A stretch of 43,898 nt of DNA from Gemmatimonadota bacterium (lineage in GTDB: Bacteria; Gemmatimonadota; Gemmatimonadetes; Gemmatimonadales; GWC2-71-9): positions 1-43,898 of the forward strand of contig JBDHDY010000001.1 in NCBI GenBank assembly GCA_039591275.1, given 5' to 3'. This document shows, piece by piece, positions 29,185 through 40,064 of the stretch; position 1 is the stretch's first letter; every line of letters starts with the position of its first letter. A program made the position numbers and the translations under genes. Below the pieces are notes generated by a model. The model worked only from the letters and a program-made list of their open reading frames with translations, was not told the DNA's origin and did not search any database.

Positions 29185-30137
29185 TCATCATCTCCCGTAA
29201 TTGTCGTTCCTGTTTCACCTTGCAGAGCCCTCAGCCCTTGAGTGAGGTGAGCAACAATCGCTCGCGCTCCGCCCTCCCTAACAAAAGCGACCGCCGCCTC
29301 TACTTTCGGCGCCATACTTCCCTTTCCCAAGCCACCGGAGTCGAGAAGATCTTCCGCCTCCTCAACCGTCAGGCGCGAAATGAGCCGGGCGTGGTCAGTC
29401 CCCCAATCCCGATGTACTCCATCCACATCTGTCAGCAATAACAAAGTCGCCGCACCCACTCGGTGAGCGAGAATGGCCGCTGTACGGTCCTTGTCAACGA
29501 CCGCCTCGACGCCCTCCCACCTTCCCGATGCGTCAGCATACACAGGCGGACCACCGCCGCCCGCCGCGACCACGATCTTCCCTTCGTCAACCAATTTCCT
29601 CACGGCATCAGCTTCCACAATGTTCACTGGCAACGGACTGGGTACGAGCCTACGCAAACGCCCGCTGCCGTCAGCACCAACAACATCCCCTTGCTGCCGA
29701 AGCCGCTCCGCTCGCTCCGGGTCGAGCGGCAGTCCAATAGGCTTCAGCGGCTCAGCAAGCGTTTTGTCTTCTCGGTCAATCTCCGTTTGCGTTATCACAG
29801 TCAACACGTCGCGCCGAATCCCTGCCTCTGCAAGTGCGTTCTGAAGCGATTGTTGGATCATGTATCCGATCCATCCGGCTGTCGACGCCACCAACACTCC
29901 CAGGGGCAGCGGTGGTACGCTATCTCTGGCAAGCTCGTTCCGCTCGAGCGCGTTGCCCACTTGGGGACCGTTGCCGTGCACAATTGCAATGCGCCAACCT
30001 TCCCGAGCGAGCTCCACCACGACTCCGAGTGATTCCCTCGTGTGACGAAACTGGTCGTACACGGTTACGCGTTCGCCTGGCGGGGCCAGCGCGTTCCCAC
30101 CGAGGGCAACGACGATCGTACCGGGACGCGCATTCAT
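29181..30137 (-). CDS. arcC: Carbamate kinase.
   Basis: 318 aa with IVVALGGNAL, VHGNGPQVG, LKPIG, RRLVPSPLP, AAGGGGPPV, VVDKDRTA, LLLLTDVDGV and GSMAPKV. Confidence 0.85.
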   Translation of the reverse strand: MNARPGTIVVALGGNALAPPGERVTVYDQFRHTRESLGVVVELAREGWRIAIVHGNGPQVGNALERNELARDSVPPLPLGVLVASTAGWIGYMIQQSLQNALAEAGIRRDVLTVITQTEIDREDKTLAEPLKPIGLPLDPERAERLRQQGDVVGADGSGRLRRLVPSPLPVNIVEADAVRKLVDEGKIVVAAGGGGPPVYADASGRWEGVEAVVDKDRTAAILAHRVGAATLLLLTDVDGVHRDWGTDHARLISRLTVEEAEDLLDSGGLGKGSMAPKVEAAVAFVREGGARAIVAHLTQGLRALQGETGTTITGDDE

Positions 30138-30188
30138 GGGGCGTGGAAGGTAGTCCGGGACCGAAACTGGATCAAGCCACCGAGCCCC

Positions 30189-32813
30189 CTACCGCGAGGA
30201 ATCCCTGCCAACGCCGAGTAAACGTCTCAACTCTTCATAGGCCTCTCCGAACGCCACCCAGTCGCCTGAACGTCGCGCCGCATCGAGACGCTGGAACCAT
30301 CTTCTCGCGGTCGCCCACTGAGCGGCAGGCCGGCCTGTGGGTTGCACAGTCTCACGAACCTGAGTCAGTGCAGCATCGAGCGTTGGGCCACGCGCCACGG
30401 CTTCTCCCAAACTCACAAACACGTCTGCGAGGCGCGGTACTCCACGTTCGCCGGCGGGTGGCAGGTAGACTGACTGCATAGACAGCAATCCGTTCACCAT
30501 CGGCACCGTTTTCAAAGGTCCCGCAATCCCTTCCTCATCCCCACGCTCCGCCGCAAACTTGGCGGCGATCTCTGCCGTACTCGGTAGATCCTGAAACTGC
30601 GGGAACCGGAGTACCCTCAGGGATGGCTGGTTATCCCACATGTCCCCTTCGGCAAGACCCATCAGCACAGGTGGCTCACCATCATGAAGCACGGAACGAA
30701 TCCGAAGCCGAACGGTCGTATCGGCAGGAGAGCCCCCAATCCACCAGAATGGTTCTGCCCCAGGATCGACGCGATTCACCGACGCGCCGAGCAACCCCGT
30801 CACTGCGAAACGGCGAGGCGCAGTTTTCCCTTGGAGCAGCGCGAGCTGGGCTCTAAAGAACTCTGCAGGATAACGAACGTGGAAGCGAAGCTCGGCTGGG
30901 AGCACCCCTGACGGCTGCACGATGTCCGGCGCTGCCGCCGCCCACGCCGCCGTCAACGGATCGGGCGCACGAACAGATACGACCGAGGTCGCCCCCGTCC
31001 GCGCATCGACCACACCAGTCAGACTCGCACCAACGTACCGGACCTCACGCCCCATCCAATCGTGGGGCTGTGAGAGCGGGAATGCCTCAGCCGTTACATA
31101 CCCAGGCGCCAGCCAGTATACGCTCCCGGCAGCAATAACCGGATACGGAGTTCCAAATTGGGCAAAAGGGGCATAGCGCTCGAGGCGCTCAACCACCGAC
31201 CGATACCACAGCAGAACGGATTCGTCCGACACGGAAGGCGACACGAGCAGTTTCGGGCTTTGCAGTTTCCAGGCGAGGGCCAACCGCCGTGCGATCCCTC
31301 CCAAGCGAATGCCGACAACATCTTTGGCGACTGCATGCGGGGCGATGGCAAACTCTGTCATCGCCGGTCCGAATACGATCTCGGGGTGCGACAACGCAAC
31401 GTCGGTCACGTGAGCTACGACCGAGTCCGGCCTTTGGAGATCTCCTATGAAATACGGTAACCCCTCGTCCGAAACCCGATCGCCGAGCACGGCTACGGCC
31501 CCCAAGGCATGACCGTACGGAACAAGATGGACCTGCTCCCAATTCAGATCCGCATCGAGCCGCCTCGCTGTGTCCAGGTCCACTTCACGGACTCCGAGGA
31601 ACACCGGCACTGGTCTTCCGGCCGGCGACAAGTAGTGCGCCAGCGAAATATTGTCGATGCGAAAATAGGGCCGATCCCCGGCCATGCGATTCAGCAGCAC
31701 TGTCAGGGCAAAGCTGTCCCACACCGGTGCAGCCGCAAACCGCTCGGGGTCGGCGGTGAGCTGCCTTGGCAGTGAAGCACGCGTTGCTCGGGGAGCGCTA
31801 TCCTGGATTGACAGGCCGTACGCTACCTGCAGAAAGCGGTTCTGCACACGGTCGACTGCGCCGGACTGGAGTTCGTCAGTCGTGCGCACGCCAGCGGCGA
31901 CAGCGGGCACCACGTAATGCCCCACGAGGGAGAATACTGTCAGGGAAATCCAACCGAACGCCACCAGGCTGATCCGGTCAAACCACCCCCACAAGAGCGA
32001 CACCAAGGCCGCCAAAAGTCCCATAGCGGTGAGGACATTTGCCGTAGGAATGCGAACGTCCGTCAAAATGGAGTCGTACATTACGCCGTGGACACCGGCG
32101 ACGTACTCGGCCGGTTCCAGCCGATACCCCCATACGAGCACCAACGCAAGCGCTGCCAGGAGGACGCCCAGATGACGCCGAGCCAGTTCGCTCACCACGA
32201 TGCGGCGGTTGGTCCATCGCACGGCACCCATCGCCACGTATAAGAGCGCAACCACTCCAAGGATCACAGCCGCAAGCAACGTGGTGTAACCGTGAAAGGC
32301 GCGCTGCCACGGTAGCGTGAAGAGGTAGTAGGACGCATCATGGCGAAGAATCGGATCCAGCATACCCAGGGGAGTGGCCGAATTCGCCAGCACTCGCGCG
32401 TGCCACCACGAATCCGCAGTCTGACTGATCGACAACGCGAGGGCCAGACCCAGCACGACTGCCCCAAGTCGGAGAAACTTGAGCGGCACGGCTTCGACGA
32501 TCTCGAGATTGGCAAGTCGTCGGGGTACGTGAACGGAGCCGATGGATCGGTACACCAGATAGAGGTTGCCCACGCACCACACCACCGCCCCGCCAAAGGC
32601 GGCTAGGAACAATCGCAGTTTGAGTCCCGCCAGCCACCGGTGGCTAGCTGCTGCACCGACGGCCTCCGCCCAAAGGCGGTCCGCAGTGCTAACGGCGAGC
32701 CAGCGCCCGATCACCAGGGCTACCAACAACCCGATGACAATCGCGCGTAGCCAACGGCCCCGCGCGCTCACTGTATCACGTCGAGATGCCCTCGCCGTTG
32801 AGCCATTGCTCAA
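30189..32813 (-). CDS. UPF0182-family large integral membrane protein of unknown function.
   Basis: 874 aa. About 7 N-terminal TM helices precede a large soluble region. DPILRHDASYYLFTLPW resembles the conserved UPF0182 motif. The start is uncertain because the ORF overlaps the phosphomannomutase 3' end by 38 nt. Confidence 0.6.
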   Translation of the reverse strand: MSNGSTARASRRDTVSARGRWLRAIVIGLLVALVIGRWLAVSTADRLWAEAVGAAASHRWLAGLKLRLFLAAFGGAVVWCVGNLYLVYRSIGSVHVPRRLANLEIVEAVPLKFLRLGAVVLGLALALSISQTADSWWHARVLANSATPLGMLDPILRHDASYYLFTLPWQRAFHGYTTLLAAVILGVVALLYVAMGAVRWTNRRIVVSELARRHLGVLLAALALVLVWGYRLEPAEYVAGVHGVMYDSILTDVRIPTANVLTAMGLLAALVSLLWGWFDRISLVAFGWISLTVFSLVGHYVVPAVAAGVRTTDELQSGAVDRVQNRFLQVAYGLSIQDSAPRATRASLPRQLTADPERFAAAPVWDSFALTVLLNRMAGDRPYFRIDNISLAHYLSPAGRPVPVFLGVREVDLDTARRLDADLNWEQVHLVPYGHALGAVAVLGDRVSDEGLPYFIGDLQRPDSVVAHVTDVALSHPEIVFGPAMTEFAIAPHAVAKDVVGIRLGGIARRLALAWKLQSPKLLVSPSVSDESVLLWYRSVVERLERYAPFAQFGTPYPVIAAGSVYWLAPGYVTAEAFPLSQPHDWMGREVRYVGASLTGVVDARTGATSVVSVRAPDPLTAAWAAAAPDIVQPSGVLPAELRFHVRYPAEFFRAQLALLQGKTAPRRFAVTGLLGASVNRVDPGAEPFWWIGGSPADTTVRLRIRSVLHDGEPPVLMGLAEGDMWDNQPSLRVLRFPQFQDLPSTAEIAAKFAAERGDEEGIAGPLKTVPMVNGLLSMQSVYLPPAGERGVPRLADVFVSLGEAVARGPTLDAALTQVRETVQPTGRPAAQWATARRWFQRLDAARRSGDWVAFGEAYEELRRLLGVGRDSSR

Positions 32814-34149
32814 CCTCTCCGCGGTGTGTGGAGAGCGCTTCCTCGGATGATGCCTCGAACCGCATCACGAGAACTGGCTGGGTATTGGAAGCCCGGAGCA
32901 AGCCCCAACCGTCGGCGAAAGAGATACGAACACCATCGAGCGTCAGCACCTCGTACCGCTCGGCGAAGTGCTGGGCGGCGCGTTCGACGACCTGGAATTT
33001 CTTCTCGTCGGGGCAATTGATGCGGAGCTCGGGTGTGGAGAATGGTTTTGGAAGGTCTGCCAGCAAGACGGACAGGGGACCCCCCTTGCGCGCTACGTAC
33101 GCCAAAAGCCGGGCCGCTGCAAAAAGGGCGTCATCGAATCCGTAATAGTCTCCCCCAAAGAACATGTGGCCACTCATCTCTCCGGCAAGTGGCGCATTCA
33201 GTTCCTTCATTTTGGCCTTGATGAGCGAATGCCCAGTCTTCCACATAACGGGGATGAGCCCGGTACGCTCGAGGTCGTGCCGCAGCACATCGGAGCACTT
33301 GACGTCGAAGATCACCGGATGGCCTTTGCCCATCCGGTGCACGAGGTCACGGCCATACAAGGCGAGTAGTCGGTCTCCGAAAACGATCTCACCGCGCTCG
33401 TCGACGGCGCCAATCCGGTCCCCGTCTCCATCGAAGGCAATTCCCAGCTCTGCTTTCGTCCTACGTACCGCCTCCTTCAGGTCAGCGAGGTTCTCCGGTA
33501 CGGTGGGATCGGGATGATGATTGGGGAATGACCCGTCGGACTCACAGTACAGCGGAACGACTTCAGCCCCGATCCGAGAAAGAATCGACTCGGCCACGAG
33601 ACTCGGAACACCATTTCCGCAGTCTACGACCACTCGTACCGGCCGCGCGAGGGGCCCGTTCCGCTCAACAATCGCCGCCGCGTAGCGTTCGAGGATCGTT
33701 GGATCCGTCTCGAGCGCTCCCATTGCGTCTCTTGTTCTGTCCGATTCAATGAGTTGCTTCAGCTCGAGGATCCGGTCTCCGTGCAGAGTCTCACCCACTG
33801 CCACTGTTTTGAATCCGTTGAACTCGGGCGGGTTGTGAGATCCTGTGACCTGAACACCTCCATCCACCGAGAGCACATGGATCGCGAGATAGAGCGCGGG
33901 CGTTGGCAGCTCACCGACATCAATTGCGGTGGCTCCAGAAGCCGCCATCCCATCACACACCGCATGGGCTAAAACGCTACTACTCGGACGATTGTCCCGA
34001 CCAACGGCCAGACGAGGCGGGTGATCCAAGCGCTCACTGGCATAGGTCGCCACCGCACGCCCGATGGCGTGGGCGACCTGTGGTGTGAGCTCCTGGTCAA
34101 CGAGACCTCGGATGTCGTACTGCCGGAAGATCGTTGTGGGTACCTTCAC
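32776..34149 (-). CDS. Phosphomannomutase/phosphoglucomutase (alpha-D-phosphohexomutase family).
   Basis: 457 aa with TGSHNPPEFNGFK (active Ser), AFDGDGDR and GEMSGH. It uses a GTG start. Confidence 0.92.
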   Translation of the reverse strand: MKVPTTIFRQYDIRGLVDQELTPQVAHAIGRAVATYASERLDHPPRLAVGRDNRPSSSVLAHAVCDGMAASGATAIDVGELPTPALYLAIHVLSVDGGVQVTGSHNPPEFNGFKTVAVGETLHGDRILELKQLIESDRTRDAMGALETDPTILERYAAAIVERNGPLARPVRVVVDCGNGVPSLVAESILSRIGAEVVPLYCESDGSFPNHHPDPTVPENLADLKEAVRRTKAELGIAFDGDGDRIGAVDERGEIVFGDRLLALYGRDLVHRMGKGHPVIFDVKCSDVLRHDLERTGLIPVMWKTGHSLIKAKMKELNAPLAGEMSGHMFFGGDYYGFDDALFAAARLLAYVARKGGPLSVLLADLPKPFSTPELRINCPDEKKFQVVERAAQHFAERYEVLTLDGVRISFADGWGLLRASNTQPVLVMRFEASSEEALSTHRGEVEQWLNGEGIST

Positions 34150-34190
34150 CTCAGCCTCGGAAGCTGGCTGATTTCGGCCCGGCAGACCGC

Positions 34191-35714
34191 TCAGCGTTCA
34201 ATGCGATCCATGGTGAACTCAACGGGAGGCTTGAGATCACTGGAGCTGGTGCGCGCCAGATTCAGCGGTGCATTGGGCCAGAACCCGAAGAGGAGAAGCA
34301 GCGACGCGGTGATGCCGACGACCCAACGTGTAGCACCGATGGCTGCCGCATCGATGTGAGCCTCCTCTGTGCGGGGCGGTTTCATGTACATCTCCATGAT
34401 AACTGGGAGATAATATCCGGCTGATACCACACTCGCACCGACCAACACGATACCCAAGGTCCATTGGTCGGCCTCGATGGCTGCAGAAAGCACATACCAT
34501 TTCCCGATGAACCCTGCTGTTCCCGGAAAGCCGAGGAGGGAGAGCATGAAAACGGCCATTCCCAAGGCCAGCCAGGGTCGCGCCCTCCCGAGGCCCGCGA
34601 AGTCGTCTATTCGCAAGTCACGTTCACCGTTGCGACCGACGACCGCCACGACGGCAAAGGCTCCGACCGTCATCAGCGTGTACACGATCGCATAGAAGAG
34701 GAACGCGCCGGCTCCCGTTTCGGTCCCACCAACGACCGCAACGAGGAGGTATCCCGCGTGCCCGATGGAGCTGTACGCGAGCATGCGTTTGATGTGGTGC
34801 TGTGCAAGCGCCATTAGGTTGCCGGCGATCATCGTGATGGCGGCCAGCCACCAAACGACATCCTGCCAGGCTGTGACGGCGTCCCCGAGGGCGTGCACGA
34901 GCACACGCACAAGGCCGGCAAACGCCGCAGCTTTCACCGCAGTGGCCATGAATGCAGTGGTGGGTGTCGGCGCACCGTCATATACGTCTGGCGTCCACAT
35001 GTGAAACGGTACCGCGGCGACCTTGAACCCAAAACCGACGAGGAACATGGCGATGCCCGCCAAGAACATGACGTTGGAGCTGAGCTCGAGGCTTGTGGTT
35101 TGGAAGTCAATCAGAGTGAGGTTGGTCGTACCCGTGGCACCGTATAGCAGGGCGATACCGTAGAGGAGAAACCCCGACGCGAAGGCTCCCAACAGGAAAT
35201 ACTTCAGCGCGGCTTCCGCGCCAAACACGCTGCGGCGGTTGATTCCCGCAAGGACGTATACGCACACCGACATCAGCTCCAGACCGAGGAACAGCACGAT
35301 CAGGTCCGAGGCCCCTCCCATCAACATCATCCCGACGGTGGCAAGCACTAGGAGAAGGTAGTACTCGGGTGCCAGGATCCGCTCTCGCCCCAGGTAGCCA
35401 AGCGAGAGCATGACTGCGAAGATCGCCCCGACGAGGAAAACGCCCGCTGAGGCAAACCGAAAGCCGTCGAGCGCGATCATGTGCGTTATGCCCTCGGGCC
35501 GTGGGTCCTGAACCCACATCCACACCACGAGAAAGAGCGTACCCACGAGCCCGGCGAGTGCCAGTTTTCCAATGAGTCGCTGCTGCTCCACACTGCTATG
35601 GCGCCAGCCGATGACCAGCATGAGCACCAGCGCGCATGCTGTGAGGAAGAGTTCCGGAAGCAGGGCCAAAGAAATACCGGCTGGCGTCGCCAGGTCGATC
35701 ACCATACCCATCAC
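34191..35714 (-). CDS. nuoN: NADH-quinone oxidoreductase subunit N.
   Basis: 507-aa polytopic antiporter-like subunit. It is the last gene of the nuo array and has a 4-nt overlap with nuoM. Confidence 0.9.
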   Translation of the reverse strand: MMGMVIDLATPAGISLALLPELFLTACALVLMLVIGWRHSSVEQQRLIGKLALAGLVGTLFLVVWMWVQDPRPEGITHMIALDGFRFASAGVFLVGAIFAVMLSLGYLGRERILAPEYYLLLVLATVGMMLMGGASDLIVLFLGLELMSVCVYVLAGINRRSVFGAEAALKYFLLGAFASGFLLYGIALLYGATGTTNLTLIDFQTTSLELSSNVMFLAGIAMFLVGFGFKVAAVPFHMWTPDVYDGAPTPTTAFMATAVKAAAFAGLVRVLVHALGDAVTAWQDVVWWLAAITMIAGNLMALAQHHIKRMLAYSSIGHAGYLLVAVVGGTETGAGAFLFYAIVYTLMTVGAFAVVAVVGRNGERDLRIDDFAGLGRARPWLALGMAVFMLSLLGFPGTAGFIGKWYVLSAAIEADQWTLGIVLVGASVVSAGYYLPVIMEMYMKPPRTEEAHIDAAAIGATRWVVGITASLLLLFGFWPNAPLNLARTSSSDLKPPVEFTMDRIER

Positions 35715-37267
35715 TCGTCGTCTCCGATAGGAAGCTCGACGCTCACGGGTCCGGGCATCGCTTCACGGACGTGGACGACCAGAGCTTGTGCCGACGCTTC
35801 TACGCGCCGCAAAATCGGTGCGGGATAGACTCCTATCCAGATGATGCACACGATGAGTGGCCCCAAGACCAGGAGCTCCCTCACCGACAGATCGGGCATC
35901 TTTTGGTTCTCCGGTTTGTCCAGCTCGCCGTACAGTAGACGCTGCAGGGCCCACAAGAGATAACCGGCCGCGAAAATCACGCCCGTGGTTGCGATCACTA
36001 CGGCCACGGGGAATTCCCTGAACGAGCCGATGAGAACCAAGAACTCACCGACGAATCCATTCGTCCCTGGTAGTCCGATCGATGACAGGGCCACCACGGT
36101 CAACACGGCAGCAAGAGCTGGTACTGCCCGGGCGATACCGCCGAACTCAGAGATCGTTCGCGTGTGGCGTCGCTCATACAACATGCCCGCCAAGAAAAAG
36201 AGGGCCCCCGTCGAGATCCCGTGGTTGATCATGATGATGATCGCACCCTGAACGCTTTGCAGATTCAAAGCCCAGATCCCCAACATCACAAACCCGAGGT
36301 GACTAACGGACGAGTATGCGACGAGTTTTTTGAAATCTGGCTGTACGAGCGCCACGAGCGCACCGTAGATTATGCCCACGACTGACAGCCCGACAATGAT
36401 CGCCACGATGGTTGGATCGAGAACGACTTGCGGGAAGAACGGAACGGCGAATCTCAGGAATCCATATGTCCCCATTTTGAGGAGAATGCCTGCCAGGATT
36501 ACTGAGCCCGCCGTTGGGGCCTCCACATGGGCATCCGGCAGCCATGTGTGGAACGGGAACATCGGCACCTTGATGGCAAACGCGAGCGCGAAAGCGCCAA
36601 ACAGCCAGACCGCCCACGGCTGTACCAGGCCGATGTTCTGCAGCAGGTGGGCGTATGCAAAGGAGTACACACCTGTGTCCCGACCGACGACGTAATAGAT
36701 CGTCAGGATGGCCACCAGCATGAGCAGCGACCCGACGAACGTGAAAATGAAGAACTTGATTGCGGCGTAGAGACGTCGGCCGCCTCCCCAGACCCCGATG
36801 ATGAAATACATCGGGATCAGCATGATCTCCCAGAAGACGTAGAACACAAACAGATCAAGAGCGACGAACACACCGAGCATGCCCGTGGTGAGCACCAGAA
36901 GGAGCGCATAATACGATCGCTCGTGTTGTTTGATGTAGTTGAAGCTTCCCAGCACAGCGAGCGGCATGGTGAACGTGGTGAGCAGCACCATAAAGAGCGA
37001 GATGCCGTCCACACCGAGGTAATACGTGATCCCCCAATCGGGTATCCACGCGTGCCGCACCTCGAACTGCATGGCGGCGGTGCCGGGCTCAAAGGCCCAC
37101 CATAACCCACTAGATATGACGAATTCAGCGAGGGTCACGCACAGGGCGATCCACTTCGCATGCTCTGCCCGCGACAAAAGGACAATCAACGCCGCCGCCA
37201 GCGGTAGCGCCATTAACATGTCCAGCGCCCAGCTGCGGTAGCCAATACTCAGGAGAAAATCGCTCAT
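35711..37267 (-). CDS. nuoM: NADH-quinone oxidoreductase subunit M.
   Basis: 518-aa antiporter-like subunit (FPFHTWLPDAHVEAPTAGSVILAG) lying between nuoL and nuoN. Confidence 0.92.
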   Translation of the reverse strand: MSDFLLSIGYRSWALDMLMALPLAAALIVLLSRAEHAKWIALCVTLAEFVISSGLWWAFEPGTAAMQFEVRHAWIPDWGITYYLGVDGISLFMVLLTTFTMPLAVLGSFNYIKQHERSYYALLLVLTTGMLGVFVALDLFVFYVFWEIMLIPMYFIIGVWGGGRRLYAAIKFFIFTFVGSLLMLVAILTIYYVVGRDTGVYSFAYAHLLQNIGLVQPWAVWLFGAFALAFAIKVPMFPFHTWLPDAHVEAPTAGSVILAGILLKMGTYGFLRFAVPFFPQVVLDPTIVAIIVGLSVVGIIYGALVALVQPDFKKLVAYSSVSHLGFVMLGIWALNLQSVQGAIIIMINHGISTGALFFLAGMLYERRHTRTISEFGGIARAVPALAAVLTVVALSSIGLPGTNGFVGEFLVLIGSFREFPVAVVIATTGVIFAAGYLLWALQRLLYGELDKPENQKMPDLSVRELLVLGPLIVCIIWIGVYPAPILRRVEASAQALVVHVREAMPGPVSVELPIGDDE

Positions 37268-37274
37268 CAGCGGC

Positions 37275-39254
37275 CTATTGCGTCATGGCCTGGAACAGCA
37301 CCAACGCACCGAGAACGAACAGCACTATGTAGGTCGTCACCTGGCCTGTCTGCAGTCGCGTGCCTATCCAACCAAGAAGGCGCGTAGCCCTGGCCCAACC
37401 GTTTACACCTACACCATCGATTATGCCGTCGTCGACGGTTCGCCACAGAACATTGCGCGACACCCAGATCAACGGACGGACCACGACCGCGTTGTAGATT
37501 TCATCGATGTAGTATTTGTTGAGCAGCACCCGTTGCACACCCACCTCAGCAGGCGCCTCCCGTGCGCTCTTTAACAACGCGGGTTTGAGCAACGCCCAGG
37601 CGGCAGCGATGCCCAGAGCAGCAATGAGAGTGGCGACACCAAGGAGCGTCCACTCGACCGGCGCCGTAAGATGGGCCTCAGCCAGATACTCACTGGCACC
37701 TTCGGTCACAGGCTCTAGCCAGTGCTCCAGCCATCCAGCTCCCGGAAGGACATGCGGCAAATTGAGCAGGCCAGCGAGCACGCTTCCCGCCGCCAAAACG
37801 ACCAGAGGACCAGTCATGATCCATGGCGCCTCGTGGAACTGACCCTCTTCCTCGGTGCCCGTTCGATTTGGCCCATGGAAGGTGTAAAACATGAGGCGGG
37901 TCATGTAAAAGGCCGTCAACAACGCGGCAACCGCACCGATCGCCCACAGGACGTAGAAGAAGACGCTGTCATGACCACGGGCAAAGGTGGACGCAAGAAT
38001 CTCGTCCTTCGAAAAGAAGCCGGAAAACCCTGGGACCCCGGCAATCGCCAACGTAGCGATCCACATAACGGCAGCTGTCCACGGCATGTATTTCCGCAGG
38101 CCTCCCATATTGCGCATATCCTGCGGATCGTCATCACGGTGCGTGTGATGATACACGCGGTGCATCACATGGATGACACTGCCAGAACCCAGAAAGAGCA
38201 GCGCTTTGAAAAAGGCATGAGTGACGAGATGAAACACTCCGGCCGTATAGGCTCCAACCCCCACACCCAAGAACATATACCCCAGCTGCGACACGGTTGA
38301 GTACGCGAGCACCTTCTTGATGTCCCACTGCTTCAAGGCAATTGTCGCGGCAAAGAGAGCTGTCAACGCCCCGACACCTGCCACCACCGCGCTAGAAGTC
38401 GGTGCCATCGCGAAGAGCACGTTGGTTCGCGCCACCAGATACACGCCGGCGGTAACCATTGTCGCCGCGTGGATCAGCGCCGACACCGGTGTAGGTCCCG
38501 CCATGGCGTCGGGCAGCCACGTGTACAGTGGAATCTGCGCCGATTTGCCGGCACAACCGAGAAACAGAAGCAAAGTGATACCGGTGATGAGCAGGCCGTT
38601 CAACTCGAACACGCGCGGCGCCGCCTCGGCCACTTCGGTGAAGGACAGGGTCCCGGTGGCGTTGAAAATCATGAACATGGCGACGAGGAATCCAAAGTCA
38701 CCGATGCGGTTCATGATGAACGCTTTGTTGCCCGCAACCGCCTTAGCTTCGTCGCTGAACCAGAAGCCAATCAGCAGATAGCTGCACAACCCAACGCCTT
38801 CCCACCCGATGAACATGACCGGGAAGCTGGCACCCAGCACCAGTACCAGCATGAAGAAGACAAATAGGTTCAGGAAGGCGAAGTAGCGCGGGTACGATGG
38901 ATCCTCCCGCATGTATCCGACGCTGAACACGTGAATCAGCGCGCCTACCCCCGTGACGACCATCAACATGACGGCCGACAAGGCATCCACCTGAAAAGCC
39001 AGATCTATCTGGAGATTGCCGGCCGGCATCCACGACCACAGCGGAAGCAAAAAAGGCGCCTCATCTCCGGCGCCGGCCAACCCAACCACAACCCCAACGG
39101 CCACCGCGAACGCGGCGACCACGGTGCCTACACCAATAACACTAACAGCGCGCTTCGCGCTCGGCTGAAAGAAGCTCAACCACCCATTCGCCAGGAAGCC
39201 AGCGAACGGTAGGAGCACCACAAGCCATACCAGAGCTACGGAGGCCGGCATCAT
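37275..39254 (-). CDS. nuoL: NADH-quinone oxidoreductase subunit L.
   Basis: 659 aa with [33 protein letters not shown] and a long C-terminal extension consistent with the lateral helix. Confidence 0.93.
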   Translation of the reverse strand: MMPASVALVWLVVLLPFAGFLANGWLSFFQPSAKRAVSVIGVGTVVAAFAVAVGVVVGLAGAGDEAPFLLPLWSWMPAGNLQIDLAFQVDALSAVMLMVVTGVGALIHVFSVGYMREDPSYPRYFAFLNLFVFFMLVLVLGASFPVMFIGWEGVGLCSYLLIGFWFSDEAKAVAGNKAFIMNRIGDFGFLVAMFMIFNATGTLSFTEVAEAAPRVFELNGLLITGITLLLFLGCAGKSAQIPLYTWLPDAMAGPTPVSALIHAATMVTAGVYLVARTNVLFAMAPTSSAVVAGVGALTALFAATIALKQWDIKKVLAYSTVSQLGYMFLGVGVGAYTAGVFHLVTHAFFKALLFLGSGSVIHVMHRVYHHTHRDDDPQDMRNMGGLRKYMPWTAAVMWIATLAIAGVPGFSGFFSKDEILASTFARGHDSVFFYVLWAIGAVAALLTAFYMTRLMFYTFHGPNRTGTEEEGQFHEAPWIMTGPLVVLAAGSVLAGLLNLPHVLPGAGWLEHWLEPVTEGASEYLAEAHLTAPVEWTLLGVATLIAALGIAAAWALLKPALLKSAREAPAEVGVQRVLLNKYYIDEIYNAVVVRPLIWVSRNVLWRTVDDGIIDGVGVNGWARATRLLGWIGTRLQTGQVTTYIVLFVLGALVLFQAMTQ

Positions 39255-39547
39255 CCACGTAGCAGGTTGAGTGTTTGCAAGTTCACGGTTTCCTTGTGAC
39301 GGTAGATGGCCAAGACGATCGCAAGACCAACGGCCGCTTCAGCAGCCGCCACGGCCATCACGAAGAAAACAAACACCTGTCCGTCCGGACCCAGCTGTTG
39401 CGCTAAGGCGACGAACGTCAGATTGACGGCGTTGAGCATCAACTCGACGCACATGAAGATGATGATCGCATTCCGGCGCAGCAGCACGCCCAGCACTCCG
39501 ATGCTGAACAGGATGGCCGACACCCCTAGCGCAGGCCCAAGCAACAT
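39251..39547 (-). CDS. nuoK: NADH-quinone oxidoreductase subunit K.
   Basis: 98 aa with three TM helices and [11 protein letters not shown]. Confidence 0.93.
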   Translation of the reverse strand: MLLGPALGVSAILFSIGVLGVLLRRNAIIIFMCVELMLNAVNLTFVALAQQLGPDGQVFVFFVMAVAAAEAAVGLAIVLAIYRHKETVNLQTLNLLRG

Positions 39548-40062
39548 CAGAGCCTCCTCTTGGCCAGCACCACCGCACCTGCGATTGCGGCAAGCAACAG
39601 CACCGAGGTAATCTCAAACGGGACCAAGTACGTTCGGAACAGCGGCTCCGCCACCACGTTGATCGCACCTTGCTCAGCAGTCAGCCGATCCATCTCTCCC
39701 GCCGGAAGCCGCAAGCTCAGGTTCGGCAGGAAGTTTCTGACCGCCCAGAGTTCCACCACCAGCACAGCCGCCAAAACAAAGGCCACGAGCCGCCCCGCCC
39801 ACCCGCGCATGTCCGTCGCCCGCGTCCGACCAAGGTTGAGCAACATAATGACGAAGAGGAACAACACCATAATGGCACCCGCGTACACGAGCACCTGCAT
39901 CGCTGCAATGAAGTGGGCGTCGAGCACCACGTACATAGCTGCAAGGGCCATCAGCGTCATGACGAGCCACAACGCGCTTGCCACGGGGCTGCGGCGCGTC
40001 ACACACAGCACCGCCGACGCTATGGACACGCCTGCTGACAGCCAAAAGAAAGTCTCGGTCAT
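39547..40062 (-). CDS. nuoJ: NADH-quinone oxidoreductase subunit J.
   Basis: The hydrophobic subunit lies between nuoI and nuoK. The likely start is ATG 40062 ([11 protein letters not shown]), just after the nuoI stop, whereas the ORF track begins at 40125. Confidence 0.88.
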   Translation of the reverse strand: MTETFFWLSAGVSIASAVLCVTRRSPVASALWLVMTLMALAAMYVVLDAHFIAAMQVLVYAGAIMVLFLFVIMLLNLGRTRATDMRGWAGRLVAFVLAAVLVVELWAVRNFLPNLSLRLPAGEMDRLTAEQGAINVVAEPLFRTYLVPFEITSVLLLAAIAGAVVLAKRRL

Positions 40063-40064
40063 GG

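Noticed and set aside
28195-29241. A 348-aa ORF antisense to sucC. Similar long antisense or shadow ORFs occur at 8163-8930 (pyrG), 42349-43080 (nuoG), 39560-40267 (nuoJ/nuoI), 11274-11891 (ispF) and 13381-13950 (kinase 1).
   Set aside because: All are fully embedded opposite or out of frame to genes with unambiguous homology. Their translations are Arg/His/Pro-rich and match no family I recognise. This is typical of stop-codon depletion in GC-rich genomes.
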